A DNA stretch of 64,000 bases from a virus, in IMG/VR virus record IMGVR_UViG_3300034082_004296, positions 1-64,000 of that record. One strand, written 5' to 3'. Positions within the stretch are counted from its first letter, which is position 1. Each line of letters opens with the position of its first letter. Positions 46,801 to 57,513 of this stretch are shown here, piece by piece. The notes under the pieces are model-generated. The model ran no database searches. It was given only the letters and a program-made list of their open reading frames with translations, and was not told where the DNA came from. The position numbers and the translations under genes are program-made.

Positions 46801-48702
46801 ATGGGATTTATTGATTTAGGACTCAATGGAGTGGCTGGAGACGGCCTTATAAACCTTTCAAGACCTGCCGGCATTAATCAAAACACGACAGGTAGCGGAA
46901 CTGATGAAAAGACAGCAAAGGTCGAAGGTGAATCTGGAAACCAGATACCCTTGATCGGTACAAGCTCTTCGTTTAACCCGTTCTATATCTTTAGATATTC
47001 AAATTTTGCAGCTGGAGCCAGTGCAAATACTACTGGTAATTATGACTTGGCAGGACACCGTTTGCTCTATGATACTGCAAGGTACCTTGGAGACTCGGCT
47101 GCAAGATTAAGAAATGCGGCTAGGGAAGAAGTTCAGGATCCAACTGCAACTAAGATAGTTAAGTGGGCAAACGATCAAGCCGTAAAAGGAGCGAATCATA
47201 AAGGGCCACTGTATCCATATCCGTACTCTCTTTCGGATTTTTATCACTGTAAATGGTACGGTCAGATACCTAACAATCGATTACTGACTCTTAGACGATA
47301 TCCTATCCCGGTTGAGGATAACTTAGCGGTAGCTGCTGAGAAGCTTCCATTGGTACCTATTGCACAAGCTGTTACTTGGTGGGGCGAAGGGACTGGCAAT
47401 ACACTAGGTAAGATCTTGGCAATGACTTGGGGGTTTAACTGGACAACGTATCCAAAAAAGGGAGAGGAGATTCAAGATGTACAGGGAAACGAAATACAGC
47501 TTGAACAAATATTCGATGTGCTTGGTATAAAAACGGAAAATGAGCCGGCTAGACAATTATTAATTACTGCATTTGCTAACCAGTCAGGAACAAATCCATA
47601 TGCCTTATCTGGATTCGATAAAGTCCTACAGGAAAACATAAAAAAACAATATGAGGACGGTGCGTATGCTAATCGAATAAGAGGACCACTTAATGTAATA
47701 ACGGAGACACAACAGAGAGATAGAGGATATACATTTTCTTCAGGTACTGGCGGTATCGTGTTAACTTTTGAATATAAGTTAAGGACTCTTGGAACTCCAA
47801 GACTTAATCCAAAGATAGTGATGTTAGACTTAATTAGTAATTTTCTAAGTTTAACATATAATAGAGCTAGCTTTTGGGGAGGAGGATATCGTTATTTTCA
47901 ACAGACTGGTCCATTATTGCCTGGGTTTAATACAGACAGTATGGAGAAAGGCGATTATGCTAATGCATCTAAGGATCTACTTTCAATGTTGACTCAAATG
48001 GTAGCTGGCGGTGGATCAGATCTTAAAGATTTTATAAATAAAGCGATTTCGGCTGCGGGAAGCAGTGTCACTGATACCCAAGGTATAGAAGACATATTTA
48101 AGACTGCTGTTGAGAGTAGAGTCGGACAAAATTTACTTGCATCTAGACTGGGCGCACTTCACCAGACCCCACTAGTGATGAGGGCACTGGCTGACGGTAG
48201 AGCAGTTGGCGAGTGGCACCTAATGGTAGGAAATCCAATGGATCCAGCTGCCGTGATAGGTAACTTAATCCTAAAGAGTACCTCCATTGATTTTGGAGAA
48301 GAGTTAGGAGCAGATGACTTTCCAACTGAAGTAAAATTTACAGTCACATTGGACCACGGTAGACCTAGAGCAAAGCAAGATATCGAATCAATTTTTAATC
48401 ATGGAGGAGGAGACATGTTCTTTACTGCATTAGAACCGCCAGCAAGTACTAGAAATTCATTTGGAGAATATAATAGTCAGAGGGCACTGGACACTAATGG
48501 AACATTGCCTACTGCAACAAATGGAGCAGCCGCTGCCCAGCGATCACAATCAACTGCTACATTATCAGATAATGGAGCGACAGCTAACGCGGAAAACTTA
48601 GCAAACTATTTTAAAAAAGATGTTGAAAGAAGATACGGAGACGGATTCGCCAAGTCACCTATACTTACAGACTATTTCTTAAAACTATATACAAACGATT
48701 AA
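46801..48702 (+). CDS. putative baseplate/tail structural protein
   Basis: first gene of a late operon (promoter 46776-46783) containing gp53- and gp5-like genes. Confidence 0.55.
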   Translation: MGFIDLGLNGVAGDGLINLSRPAGINQNTTGSGTDEKTAKVEGESGNQIPLIGTSSSFNPFYIFRYSNFAAGASANTTGNYDLAGHRLLYDTARYLGDSAARLRNAAREEVQDPTATKIVKWANDQAVKGANHKGPLYPYPYSLSDFYHCKWYGQIPNNRLLTLRRYPIPVEDNLAVAAEKLPLVPIAQAVTWWGEGTGNTLGKILAMTWGFNWTTYPKKGEEIQDVQGNEIQLEQIFDVLGIKTENEPARQLLITAFANQSGTNPYALSGFDKVLQENIKKQYEDGAYANRIRGPLNVITETQQRDRGYTFSSGTGGIVLTFEYKLRTLGTPRLNPKIVMLDLISNFLSLTYNRASFWGGGYRYFQQTGPLLPGFNTDSMEKGDYANASKDLLSMLTQMVAGGGSDLKDFINKAISAAGSSVTDTQGIEDIFKTAVESRVGQNLLASRLGALHQTPLVMRALADGRAVGEWHLMVGNPMDPAAVIGNLILKSTSIDFGEELGADDFPTEVKFTVTLDHGRPRAKQDIESIFNHGGGDMFFTALEPPASTRNSFGEYNSQRALDTNGTLPTATNGAAAAQRSQSTATLSDNGATANAENLANYFKKDVERRYGDGFAKSPILTDYFLKLYTND

Positions 48703-48704
48703 TC

Positions 48705-49289
48705 ATGTTAACTACTAAGCTATTAAGAGTAAAAAAGTTTTTTACAAATGCATTTGGAGAGTCAGTAATAGACTTGACAAGCTCTACATTTAGTTTTGGA
48801 GAGGCAACTGGTCCAGCTGGACCAGTCGTAATTTCAGAATTTGAAAACATGCGACCTGACCTAGTGTCTGATCGTGTTCTTGGATCACAGGAATATTGGG
48901 AAGCGTTACTTAAATTTAATGGAATATCTAATCCGTTTTCGATTGAACAAGGTGAAATAATACTTGTTCCAGGAATCAGTGAGATCTCAAAACTGATAGT
49001 CCCTCCAAAGAGTATTTTAGAAAAGGGGACTGAGCCTACTAAAAAGAACGAAGATGCGGTGATTAGACCCAAGACTGCAAAAGACCAACAAAGATTACAG
49101 TCAATTAGGAGCAAGGTGCCCGAAGTAGTACCGCCTAATGTTAACCTGAGTGGTGTAAAAAACGTTAAGGTCGTAGAAGGAAGAGTAATCTTAGGAGGAG
49201 ACATGACGCAGACCAGTGCAACAAATACTAATCAAGCAGCGGCTAGAAGTAGGATACAGGATCAGTTAAAAAACGGGAATAATTTTTAA
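48705..49289 (+). CDS. baseplate wedge protein (gp53/LysM-like)
   Basis: MRPDLVSDRVLGSQEYWEALLKFNGISNPFSIEQGEIILVP. Confidence 0.75.
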   Translation: MLTTKLLRVKKFFTNAFGESVIDLTSSTFSFGEATGPAGPVVISEFENMRPDLVSDRVLGSQEYWEALLKFNGISNPFSIEQGEIILVPGISEISKLIVPPKSILEKGTEPTKKNEDAVIRPKTAKDQQRLQSIRSKVPEVVPPNVNLSGVKNVKVVEGRVILGGDMTQTSATNTNQAAARSRIQDQLKNGNNF

Positions 49290-49291
49290 AG

Positions 49292-50806
49292 ATGGGATTT
49301 AATCAAGTCATAAAGACTCATATTCAGCCGTCAATTAAACTAATAACACTTGACGATTTTGACAATTCTGCTGAGAGTACAACTGGGTCGATCACTAGAA
49401 AAAACAAGGGCAGAGCAGACTTTAGTCAGCTCGCAGGTTCGATTAAACCGTTTGTTAAGTTGGCTGGACAGGTAATCACTGATATTGAGTATTTAACTAT
49501 CGACGAGTCTAGCTTTATTCCAAAGCTTGATCTAACATTTACGGACCCTTCTGGAGAATTTTCAGGTAATTATTTTCCAAAAAGAAATTTGATGGTGAGT
49601 GTATTTATAAACAGTGGAAATGACAAGCTTAAACCAGTAAAATCGGACTACTTAATCACTAAAGTAAAATCTATTCCTATTACTAACAGAGGAACAGGTA
49701 TTAATATTAGTCAGGGAACAATTTACATGATTAGGGCTGAGTTGTTTGTGCCTCGACTCTACAATAATGTCTCCAAAAGCTATCCTAATATAACATCAGT
49801 AGATGCAATAAAAGCGATATGTTCTGAATTAGGACTGGGTTACGCCCAAAACGAATTCACGCCAGCTGACTCTATGACCTGGATAAATTATAATACAAGT
49901 CCACTAAACTTCCTAAGAGAAATAACTAACTATGTGTATCAGGACGATGAGTCATTTTTTACAGGGTTTATCAGCAAGGAACTGATCTTTAACTTAATTA
50001 ACGTAAATGAACAATTGATAAAAAACGAGGTAGATGACACTTTTTCAAGTAATTCTAATCCACTTTCGTTAGGCGTAACCCAAACTCAAAAAAACGATCC
50101 AGCAAATGCAGCATTTGCAGAAGAGGTAGTGGTTAATTTTTTGACTAATCTAAGAAAAAACATTAATAAACCCAATTACATATATGAAGCTAACTTAATA
50201 TCTGATCAAGGTGCAGTACTTAAACAGGACGGATATAAGAAAAAGATTTATTATTACGATCATTTTGAGCCAGTTGAAACGGATGACAATGGACAGCCAA
50301 ATAAGTTTAAACAGTTCTTTGTTGCGCCAAATAATGCACCAGACCTACCCGAATCAACTATGTTGATTCCAGACGATGAGGGAATGGATGAGATCGGTAA
50401 TAAAAAATGGATGAATATTAATTACGGCAACACTCACGAACACTGGAATGCAGCTCGGGTGTTTAACTCACACAACTTAAAGGAACTAGAAAAGATAAAA
50501 CTTAGAGTCTTACTTAAGGGAGTAAACTTTCAGGTGATACGAGGAATGGTTATACCTGTCCTAATGACTCTTTCGCTTGGAGAAAAGATTCGTAAAGAGA
50601 GCGATCCAAATGGAGATACGCCGATCGACCTATCAAGTAATACATTTGAGGGAGAAACACTCGATTCTGAACTTACTGGCTGGTACTATGTAAAAGAGGC
50701 AAAGTACACATTTGATCCGACTGATCCTCACATATTCTATACTGAACTTATTCTAGCTAGAAGAGAATGGGTGCCTAATAAAATAATCTTTACCGCAAAT
50801 GCATAA
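49292..50806 (+). CDS. putative baseplate hub protein
   Basis: position; C-terminal LTGWYYVKEAKYTF...TELILARRE typical of hub proteins. Confidence 0.5.
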   Translation: MGFNQVIKTHIQPSIKLITLDDFDNSAESTTGSITRKNKGRADFSQLAGSIKPFVKLAGQVITDIEYLTIDESSFIPKLDLTFTDPSGEFSGNYFPKRNLMVSVFINSGNDKLKPVKSDYLITKVKSIPITNRGTGINISQGTIYMIRAELFVPRLYNNVSKSYPNITSVDAIKAICSELGLGYAQNEFTPADSMTWINYNTSPLNFLREITNYVYQDDESFFTGFISKELIFNLINVNEQLIKNEVDDTFSSNSNPLSLGVTQTQKNDPANAAFAEEVVVNFLTNLRKNINKPNYIYEANLISDQGAVLKQDGYKKKIYYYDHFEPVETDDNGQPNKFKQFFVAPNNAPDLPESTMLIPDDEGMDEIGNKKWMNINYGNTHEHWNAARVFNSHNLKELEKIKLRVLLKGVNFQVIRGMVIPVLMTLSLGEKIRKESDPNGDTPIDLSSNTFEGETLDSELTGWYYVKEAKYTFDPTDPHIFYTELILARREWVPNKIIFTANA

Positions 50807-52079
50807 TTTCTATGGAGTACGAAATAAAGTTGATAACTTTAGAAAAGGTCTATTTTTAGACCCATATGATCAGCCGACCTACTTGACCTTTGCAATAGAT
50901 TTTAAGTTTGAGAGCATCCCTGAAGATGGTATAACTGGAACAAACACGACGATTGACCCATTATGGAAAAGCCCGCTCTTTGAAAAGGGATCAGAAGAAA
51001 ATTATAATAGTGCCCAAACATATTTAGGTTCGATCGGTTATAAGGACCGAGAGGAACGAATCGCAAAATTCAAGTCTATACTTGAGTACCTGACCTTTAA
51101 TGCGCCATGGTATTTTCAGTCAATCTCAGGCCTGGACAAGATGTGGGAGGTAGCGACTAACATGAGCGATGCACGTAAGAGCAAATCGGCAACTATTACT
51201 ATTGATACGATGGAAGCGATTGACTTAAGAATAACACAATTAGCAAATCTATATAGATCATCAATATACGATACTGTATACATGAGAGAGCTAGTACCAG
51301 ACAACTTGAGATGGTTCTGCATGGACGTGTATATAGCAGAGGCCAGAAATATTAGGTATAATCCAGCAGGACAATTTAGTAATGTTGCCAGTGCAATAGG
51401 CATAGACACAAGCGGAATAAATCGATTCTTGACTAATGCTGGTTCTGCTGCTAGTTCACTATTAGGCAATCGTGAGCTGGACCAGAGCAGCCCGTTAAAG
51501 CAGTTTGGTTTCGTAAAGTTTAAGTGTAGGCAGTGCGAGTTTGACTTTTCAGGCAGCTTTCCAGGAGGTCAAAAGCTTGATGTTTCGATGGAGACGACTG
51601 CTAAACCTACCGCAAATAGCTTCAAGATCAATGTCGGTTATTTTGAGGAGGAGAGTGAGTATAATGACTCTACTAAAATAACTGAAGATCCAGCGACTAG
51701 TTCAATTCGTAATCCATGGAACGCTCGAAACACGGCAGCTAATCTTCAGACTAGAATAGAAGGAGCATCTGATTTGCCTTTTGTTGGAGGATTCGTGGAT
51801 AATGCAAGACAGTATTCTCAAGACCGACTTCAAACGATTGGAGGACTTGTGAATCCCGCGCTTCGTGCTGCATTTAACTCATCCGGAATTAGGAGCATTG
51901 GGGATCTATATGCTGGTAACAATCCATTTACTGACGGCGAAGGAAAGACAATCAGCGGCAATTTTCCAAGAAACGACAGTTCAATCGCGAGCAGGGCTCA
52001 AGCATTATTAAATAACTCAATTTACCCAGATAAGTTTCCAAATAATGATGGTGACCGAAACCTGGGCAGAATCTACTAA
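50799..52079 (+). CDS. putative tail tube initiator / baseplate protein
   Basis: context in baseplate operon; tube-like beta pattern. Confidence 0.4.
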   Translation: MHNFYGVRNKVDNFRKGLFLDPYDQPTYLTFAIDFKFESIPEDGITGTNTTIDPLWKSPLFEKGSEENYNSAQTYLGSIGYKDREERIAKFKSILEYLTFNAPWYFQSISGLDKMWEVATNMSDARKSKSATITIDTMEAIDLRITQLANLYRSSIYDTVYMRELVPDNLRWFCMDVYIAEARNIRYNPAGQFSNVASAIGIDTSGINRFLTNAGSAASSLLGNRELDQSSPLKQFGFVKFKCRQCEFDFSGSFPGGQKLDVSMETTAKPTANSFKINVGYFEEESEYNDSTKITEDPATSSIRNPWNARNTAANLQTRIEGASDLPFVGGFVDNARQYSQDRLQTIGGLVNPALRAAFNSSGIRSIGDLYAGNNPFTDGEGKTISGNFPRNDSSIASRAQALLNNSIYPDKFPNNDGDRNLGRIY

Positions 52080-52090
52080 TATAATACTAT

Positions 52091-52771
52091 ATGATGTTAG
52101 ACCGTAATCACGACATATCAAACAGGGACATAAACGACCTATTGGATAAGCAATTCTTAGGAGTTGTCGAGCTCATAGACGACCCTAGAAAGGAAGGTCG
52201 AGCCAGGGTTAGAGTATATAGCATCCATGACGATCTGCCCGCTGAGGATATACCATGGGCATATCCTAAAAACAAGAGTCTGTTCTTTGGACAAGGAGGC
52301 AAGGCCGGTTCAATCTCTATACCTAAAGTAGGAAGTATTGTTGCCGTTAGATTTGACAATGGTAATCCATACTCACCAGAATATTTTGCAATCCACGAAT
52401 TAGCACAAGATATCAAGGATGAGTTGAATACTGAGTATGATGGAAGCCATATCATTCTATTCGATGGAGACCAGGAGTTAAAGCTGTGGTTTACCGTAGG
52501 CAAAGGGCTAACTATCTCAGTAAAGGGCGCAAGTATTAACTTAGCACCGGATAACCTAATAACAATCAAGACTGATAATAAGGTGGTAGTTGATTCACCT
52601 AATATCGAATTAGGGTCACCAGACATTCCAAGCATATCAGAATATCTATTAAAGGGGGAGACTTTTCTTAACATGTTTAATACTCATGTACACCCATCAT
52701 CTGGCACTCCACCGCTAACTCCGATACTTCCAGACAGTGGAGTAATAAGCGGAACCACAAAAACTAAATAA
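52091..52771 (+). CDS. baseplate central spike protein (gp5/VgrG OB-fold)
   Basis: GVVELIDDPRKEGRARVRV...IPWA...IPKVGSIVAVRF; C-terminal NTHVH. Confidence 0.85.
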   Translation: MMLDRNHDISNRDINDLLDKQFLGVVELIDDPRKEGRARVRVYSIHDDLPAEDIPWAYPKNKSLFFGQGGKAGSISIPKVGSIVAVRFDNGNPYSPEYFAIHELAQDIKDELNTEYDGSHIILFDGDQELKLWFTVGKGLTISVKGASINLAPDNLITIKTDNKVVVDSPNIELGSPDIPSISEYLLKGETFLNMFNTHVHPSSGTPPLTPILPDSGVISGTTKTK

Positions 52772-52773
52772 AG

Positions 52774-53355
52774 ATGGCACTAGAAGATCAAGCAAAAGCA
52801 GTAACTAAATTAGGATCACTAGGAACAGATATTCCTGGATTAGACGCAGATAGCGTGATTGAAAACCTGATCAAAAGGGACGAGAATCTTGGTAAATACT
52901 TAACAATGATTGATAATGCAAAAGCAGAAAAGGTATATCGCGGAATGTCTGAAGAAGAGGCAGAGGTGTCAGCTGAAGAGTCAAAGAAAAAAGTACTTGA
53001 AGAGATAAAAAAGAATCTTAAACCTGCAGTCGAGGAAGATATTATTAAGATGAAACAGGAATACAAGACAGCAAAGGAAGCACTTGACTCGATTCCGACT
53101 GAGACTCAAGCAACTGTCGCGACTGCTGCGTTACCTGCTGCACTTCATCCAGCAGTACCAAATCCAGCATATACTCTAGGCATTGCATTACAGACAAAAA
53201 AGAATCTACTTAAGACTCTTAATATAGTCCTGTCATCTCTAACCACTGTAATAACACTGGCTAATAAATTAAAGTTTGAGTTGCCACCAGTTGTGTTAAC
53301 CCTAGTTAGCACCCTAACGATTGTGACAACAGGCCTCTCACTTATTCCAGGTTAA
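52774..53355 (+). CDS. hypothetical structural protein
   Basis: 193-aa ORF after gp5. Confidence 0.6.
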   Translation: MALEDQAKAVTKLGSLGTDIPGLDADSVIENLIKRDENLGKYLTMIDNAKAEKVYRGMSEEEAEVSAEESKKKVLEEIKKNLKPAVEEDIIKMKQEYKTAKEALDSIPTETQATVATAALPAALHPAVPNPAYTLGIALQTKKNLLKTLNIVLSSLTTVITLANKLKFELPPVVLTLVSTLTIVTTGLSLIPG

Positions 53356-53629
53356 TCCCATTATCAAACTTATATTTTTCCCAATCTTGCTTATTCATTA
53401 GGTCAGGAAAGCGCTCTCCTCCATTACAGGATTCTTTGACATATAGCTTGCCTGGTATATCACAGCCGCAATATACACAATATTCTAGCCTTACGCACTC
53501 GTCTTTACAAATCATTGCACGATAGGCGACCTGTTCCTTTTCGTGTTCAGGCAGAAGATACATCTTGTCCCCAAGCATCTTGAGGTTACCTTCAATGTAG
53601 TGCTTAATATTTTTTAGAGTTATTTTCAT
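53342..53629 (-). CDS. Cys-rich hypothetical protein
   Basis: CKDEC...CVYCGC...SC. Confidence 0.65.
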   Translation of the reverse strand: MKITLKNIKHYIEGNLKMLGDKMYLLPEHEKEQVAYRAMICKDECVRLEYCVYCGCDIPGKLYVKESCNGGERFPDLMNKQDWEKYKFDNGINLE

Positions 53630-54390
53630 TGTTTCATCATTTTTTTTTCGACTTTAGTTATCTTACGTGCTTCATATCCTCCTCTAGCAGCATTAATTAA
53701 TTTTATGTGATTTACTACATCGATTAGCTGATCAAAGCGCCAAGCATCCTCTAATAGGTGGGTTTCGTTGAATTCATTGATGCTAAAAGTGGACTCTAGA
53801 AAGGTTGCGCCAAGCATCGAAGCACCTAATAAGAGTATGTCCGGCGTCATGAAGGAGTTATTCTTAAAACCTATTGAGTACTTTTTTTCAAATTCGATTG
53901 AGATAGCTTGAAGGTATTTTATGTAGTCAAGTCGAGGTTCCCCAAAAGAGTGATGGACTACCATATCTGGCTGAGATGCCTCGATCGCTCGGTCGATCTC
54001 ACGTTGAGAGTTGCCGCCAGTATAGAGAACAAGATAATCTGAACAGTCCCGAGCATGTGCAAGAAGGGTAAAATCCTTTAATCGAGCTTCAGAAATTCCC
54101 AACATAAAGCCTGTACCTCCGTTTGGAAGCTTAGAATAGTATGGACGAGCTAAGTCTACATCACGAATAGAGGAGACTACTGGAAACCATGAAATTTCTC
54201 GTTCTCTACACTCTAAATCAATTTCATCGTATTCTAAAGGCGAAGTGATGCTGCTCTTAGCCGGATCGAGCGCCAAATAATTGATTATGCCAGGATTAAA
54301 TGATCGGATCACATTTTTTATCCTGATCAAATTATTTGCGGTGTCCTGATTAGTCCAATCTATTGATAAACATATTTTTGCTTTTTCCAT
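53626..54390 (-). CDS. degenerate NeuB/SpsE-like TIM-barrel protein
   Basis: VLYTGGNSQREIDRAIE and ASMLGATFLESTFS echo NeuB ILSTGMATLEEI and AVALGAxxIEKHFT. Confidence 0.5.
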   Translation of the reverse strand: MEKAKICLSIDWTNQDTANNLIRIKNVIRSFNPGIINYLALDPAKSSITSPLEYDEIDLECREREISWFPVVSSIRDVDLARPYYSKLPNGGTGFMLGISEARLKDFTLLAHARDCSDYLVLYTGGNSQREIDRAIEASQPDMVVHHSFGEPRLDYIKYLQAISIEFEKKYSIGFKNNSFMTPDILLLGASMLGATFLESTFSINEFNETHLLEDAWRFDQLIDVVNHIKLINAARGGYEARKITKVEKKMMKQ

Positions 54391-54454
54391 TAGAACCTTT
54401 TCTTTTTTTCTTATACAATATAGATTAGATCTAGTTTAGAAAAAATCCCAATTA

Positions 54455-55462
54455 ATGGATCACTATGCAAATTTAGGAGTTCCCAAGACTGCTACCCAAG
54501 AAGAGATAAAAAAAGCATATCGAAAGCTTGCAGTAAAGTATCACCCAGACAAGACTAATGGTAACAAGGAGTCGGAAGAGCTTTTTAAAAAGATTTCAGA
54601 CTCATATACTGTGCTCTCAGATGAAAGGAAGAGGGAAGAGTATGATAAAAAATCTAGAGTAAATTCTAACTGGTCTTCAGGATATGAGAGCACGGGTTTT
54701 GGATTTGACGATTTTGTGAGAAATTTTGCGGATGCCGACTTTAGAAGAAGATCGAGTGATCGCGCAAGAAAGACACAGGGACGCACTCATCCAACTCCAC
54801 CTAAAACCGAACATCTTAATATTTATGTACACGATAAAATAGATTTAAAGGACGCGATTTTAGGTAAAAAGATCGAGATAAGTTTTAGTAGAGAAAAAAT
54901 AAATTATACTGGCAAGGCAGGTAACACGTTAACCTTTGATAAGATCGATGAGGAGAAAGAGATTAACATTAGTATCGACCTTAGAAAAAAATACATTGCG
55001 ATTAAACGTGATACTGGAGCATACATAATATCTGCTAGGGTACCTGGTCTAGGAAATGAGGATGTAATCACACAGTTAAACATATGGGGAGAGATTGAAC
55101 AGGTTCCTCTGATGGGAGACTTGCATGTGACACTGGAACTAATTATGCCTGAAAACATTAGGATCGAGGATAACTGCGTGATACAAACAGTCGATATATC
55201 TTTATCAAAATTACTCTTTAATGAGACCAAGATCAAGATAGAGACGATTGTCGACAAAAAATACGAAGTTGACTTTAATGGTCCGAAATCTGCATCTAAT
55301 CTTAAGTTTTCAATACCTAATGAAGGACTGGTTGATGGCCAAGGTAAGATCGGAGAATACCTAGTAAAATTTAACGTGACCTTGCCTCAGGTTGAAGAGT
55401 TACCAAATAAGGATTTAGTAAAATTAAAGTCGATATTATTAAATTGCGAAAATAAAACTTAA
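54455..55462 (+). CDS. DnaJ-family co-chaperone without zinc finger
   Basis: J-domain with KYHPDK; DnaJ C-terminal-like domain. Confidence 0.9.
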   Translation: MDHYANLGVPKTATQEEIKKAYRKLAVKYHPDKTNGNKESEELFKKISDSYTVLSDERKREEYDKKSRVNSNWSSGYESTGFGFDDFVRNFADADFRRRSSDRARKTQGRTHPTPPKTEHLNIYVHDKIDLKDAILGKKIEISFSREKINYTGKAGNTLTFDKIDEEKEINISIDLRKKYIAIKRDTGAYIISARVPGLGNEDVITQLNIWGEIEQVPLMGDLHVTLELIMPENIRIEDNCVIQTVDISLSKLLFNETKIKIETIVDKKYEVDFNGPKSASNLKFSIPNEGLVDGQGKIGEYLVKFNVTLPQVEELPNKDLVKLKSILLNCENKT

Positions 55463-55508
55463 AAAGTTTAAAGAAGCCCTTAATAAATAATAAAAAATAT
55501 TTTGGGCT

Positions 55509-57485
55509 TTGTCAAATCTAAAATCAGCACAAACTAACACTAACGATTGGGTACTAATCGTTGAAAATGTAGGTGAAAAACTTCAAGTAAGGGATTCATC
55601 TACGACTGGCACAGTCCTCGAAGGAGTATGTGCGGTATTCGGTCAGATGAATAACAATCGCCGAGTATACGAAAAAACGGAATACTTACCTCACCTTACC
55701 TATCTTCAAGAAAAGATTAATAAGCGTCAGTTAGTAGGAACGGTTGACCACCCTCAACATTTCGAACCAAAATTAAGCGAAGCTTCACACATTATTGAAG
55801 GCTTAACATATGACGGTGGAGATAAAGTATACATTAAAGTAAGACTCCTAGAAAACACTCCACATGGTAAATTAGCGAAAGCATTACTTGACGGAGGAGT
55901 TCAGTTATCAGTTTCTTCAAGAGCAGCTGGACAGGTAAGTGAGAGTGGTTATGTAAAATTACAGCGAATCTTTACCTATGACTTAGTAGGAGAACCTGGA
56001 TTTACTGATGCAATTCTACGTAAAACAGTTAGTGAATCACTAAAGAATGACTTTTCAATGATTACTGAGAGTTATAACTCGATGAAGGAAAACTCTTTTA
56101 TTCATAAGTCTGGACTAATGGATATTTCAGAAAATTTAAACTTTGCAGATAATTTTAAAGTCTATAAGATAAATAAATTAGAAAATGGTTCAGGAACACA
56201 GTTCCGAGGAACTTTGCAAGAACAAAAAAATAACAACACAATGGCCGAGTTTGTAACAAAAGAACAAATGGACAAATATTCAGAAGTTCTTAAAACACAA
56301 TTCAATGGAATTAAAAAAGAACTTAAAAATCACAAGTCTGTTTTGGAGTCTGCTCAATCAGGTAATGGATCAACTAATTCAGAATTAGTTGGATTCGTAA
56401 ATTATTTAGCAGAATCTCTAGAAGGAGTGATTAATTTCGCTGATTATCTTTCTCACAAACTAAACGAGTCAGTTAAATATACTGAGCACGTTTCTGAGAC
56501 AGTTAACAACTCTATCGATTATTCTTCTTATTTAGGAGAAAAATTGAACCAGTCAGTTAACTATCAAGATTACCTTTCAACTAAGGTGAACGAGTCAATC
56601 AACTACGCAGAGTATATTAAAGAAAATGTAAACAATTCTATTAAGTACCAAAATTATTTGGCTGAAGAACTAGATAAAGGATTACAGTATGTTGAATACG
56701 TTGCTGAAGGAACTAATCGTTCTATTGAGTTCGGAGAATATCTTTCAGAAAATATTAACTTAAACAGAGATTACTCTCAATATGTTGCTGAAAAATTAGG
56801 ACAGTCTATTGGATACTCTGAATATTTAGCTGAATCTCTAGGAGACGGAAACCATGTAGGTACTCGAAATGTTTTAGGTAAAGTTTCTAAATTAAATGAA
56901 TCTAATTCAATTGACAATCTAATCTCTAAGGTTGATCAAGTGATTACTGAAGTAAACGATAAGTCATCTAAAGCAGTTCTTGAGAGCAAGTATCCTTTCT
57001 TAAAGGTTATGGGAGAAGCAAACAAGAAAGTTTTCTTTAACTTACAATCAGACACTAAACAAGCTATCGTTGAAGCTCTTAACGGATCAGTTTGGTTTAA
57101 CGAAAACGACATCGTTGGTATCATGGAAGCTGTTGTAAATCACAAAGAACAAAATATTCCTACCTATATCAGATTCATGCCAGTAGAATACAAAGCTACT
57201 TGGAACGAAATGAATGAAAACGAAAAAAGTAAAGTTCACGCAAAAGCACAGCTTTATACAGTAAACACTCCATACCAAGTTAAAGCATTTTGGGATGATA
57301 TTGATATGAGAGGAATCAATGAAAGAATTGAAACACAAAAATATAACACAAAAATAACGCAACAACTCAACGAGAGCCAAAGTACAGAAGGCTTAATACC
57401 TGTAAATCAGGTTGTTGAGATGCAGAGAGGTTACTCTCAAGGTTACTTAGAAACAATGTTGAGAAACGCTGGTTCTAGATTGTAA
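55509..57485 (+). CDS. prohead protease (gp21-like) fused to repeat scaffold
   Basis: NNNRRVY, GTVDHP, VSSRAAG, TYDLVGEPGF; TTG start; late promoter 55482-55489. Confidence 0.85.
   Translation: MSNLKSAQTNTNDWVLIVENVGEKLQVRDSSTTGTVLEGVCAVFGQMNNNRRVYEKTEYLPHLTYLQEKINKRQLVGTVDHPQHFEPKLSEASHIIEGLTYDGGDKVYIKVRLLENTPHGKLAKALLDGGVQLSVSSRAAGQVSESGYVKLQRIFTYDLVGEPGFTDAILRKTVSESLKNDFSMITESYNSMKENSFIHKSGLMDISENLNFADNFKVYKINKLENGSGTQFRGTLQEQKNNNTMAEFVTKEQMDKYSEVLKTQFNGIKKELKNHKSVLESAQSGNGSTNSELVGFVNYLAESLEGVINFADYLSHKLNESVKYTEHVSETVNNSIDYSSYLGEKLNQSVNYQDYLSTKVNESINYAEYIKENVNNSIKYQNYLAEELDKGLQYVEYVAEGTNRSIEFGEYLSENINLNRDYSQYVAEKLGQSIGYSEYLAESLGDGNHVGTRNVLGKVSKLNESNSIDNLISKVDQVITEVNDKSSKAVLESKYPFLKVMGEANKKVFFNLQSDTKQAIVEALNGSVWFNENDIVGIMEAVVNHKEQNIPTYIRFMPVEYKATWNEMNENEKSKVHAKAQLYTVNTPYQVKAFWDDIDMRGINERIETQKYNTKITQQLNESQSTEGLIPVNQVVEMQRGYSQGYLETMLRNAGSRL
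56168..56175 (+). promoter_or_regulatory. internal late promoter for nested scaffold
   Basis: GATAAATA inside protease gene, upstream of in-frame ATG 56241 with A-rich leader. Confidence 0.5.
56394..56843 (+). repeat. about 11 tandem 14-aa (42-nt) repeats in scaffold
   Basis: units such as YSSYLGEKLNQSVN, YQDYLSTKVNESIN, YAEYIKENVNNSIK. Confidence 0.85.
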
Positions 57486-57513
57486 CAAAAAACTAAAAAA
57501 ATCATTTTAACAA

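Noticed and set aside
56394-56843. CRISPR-like 42-nt periodicity
   Set aside because: Degenerate in-frame coding repeats with no constant repeat/unique spacer pattern
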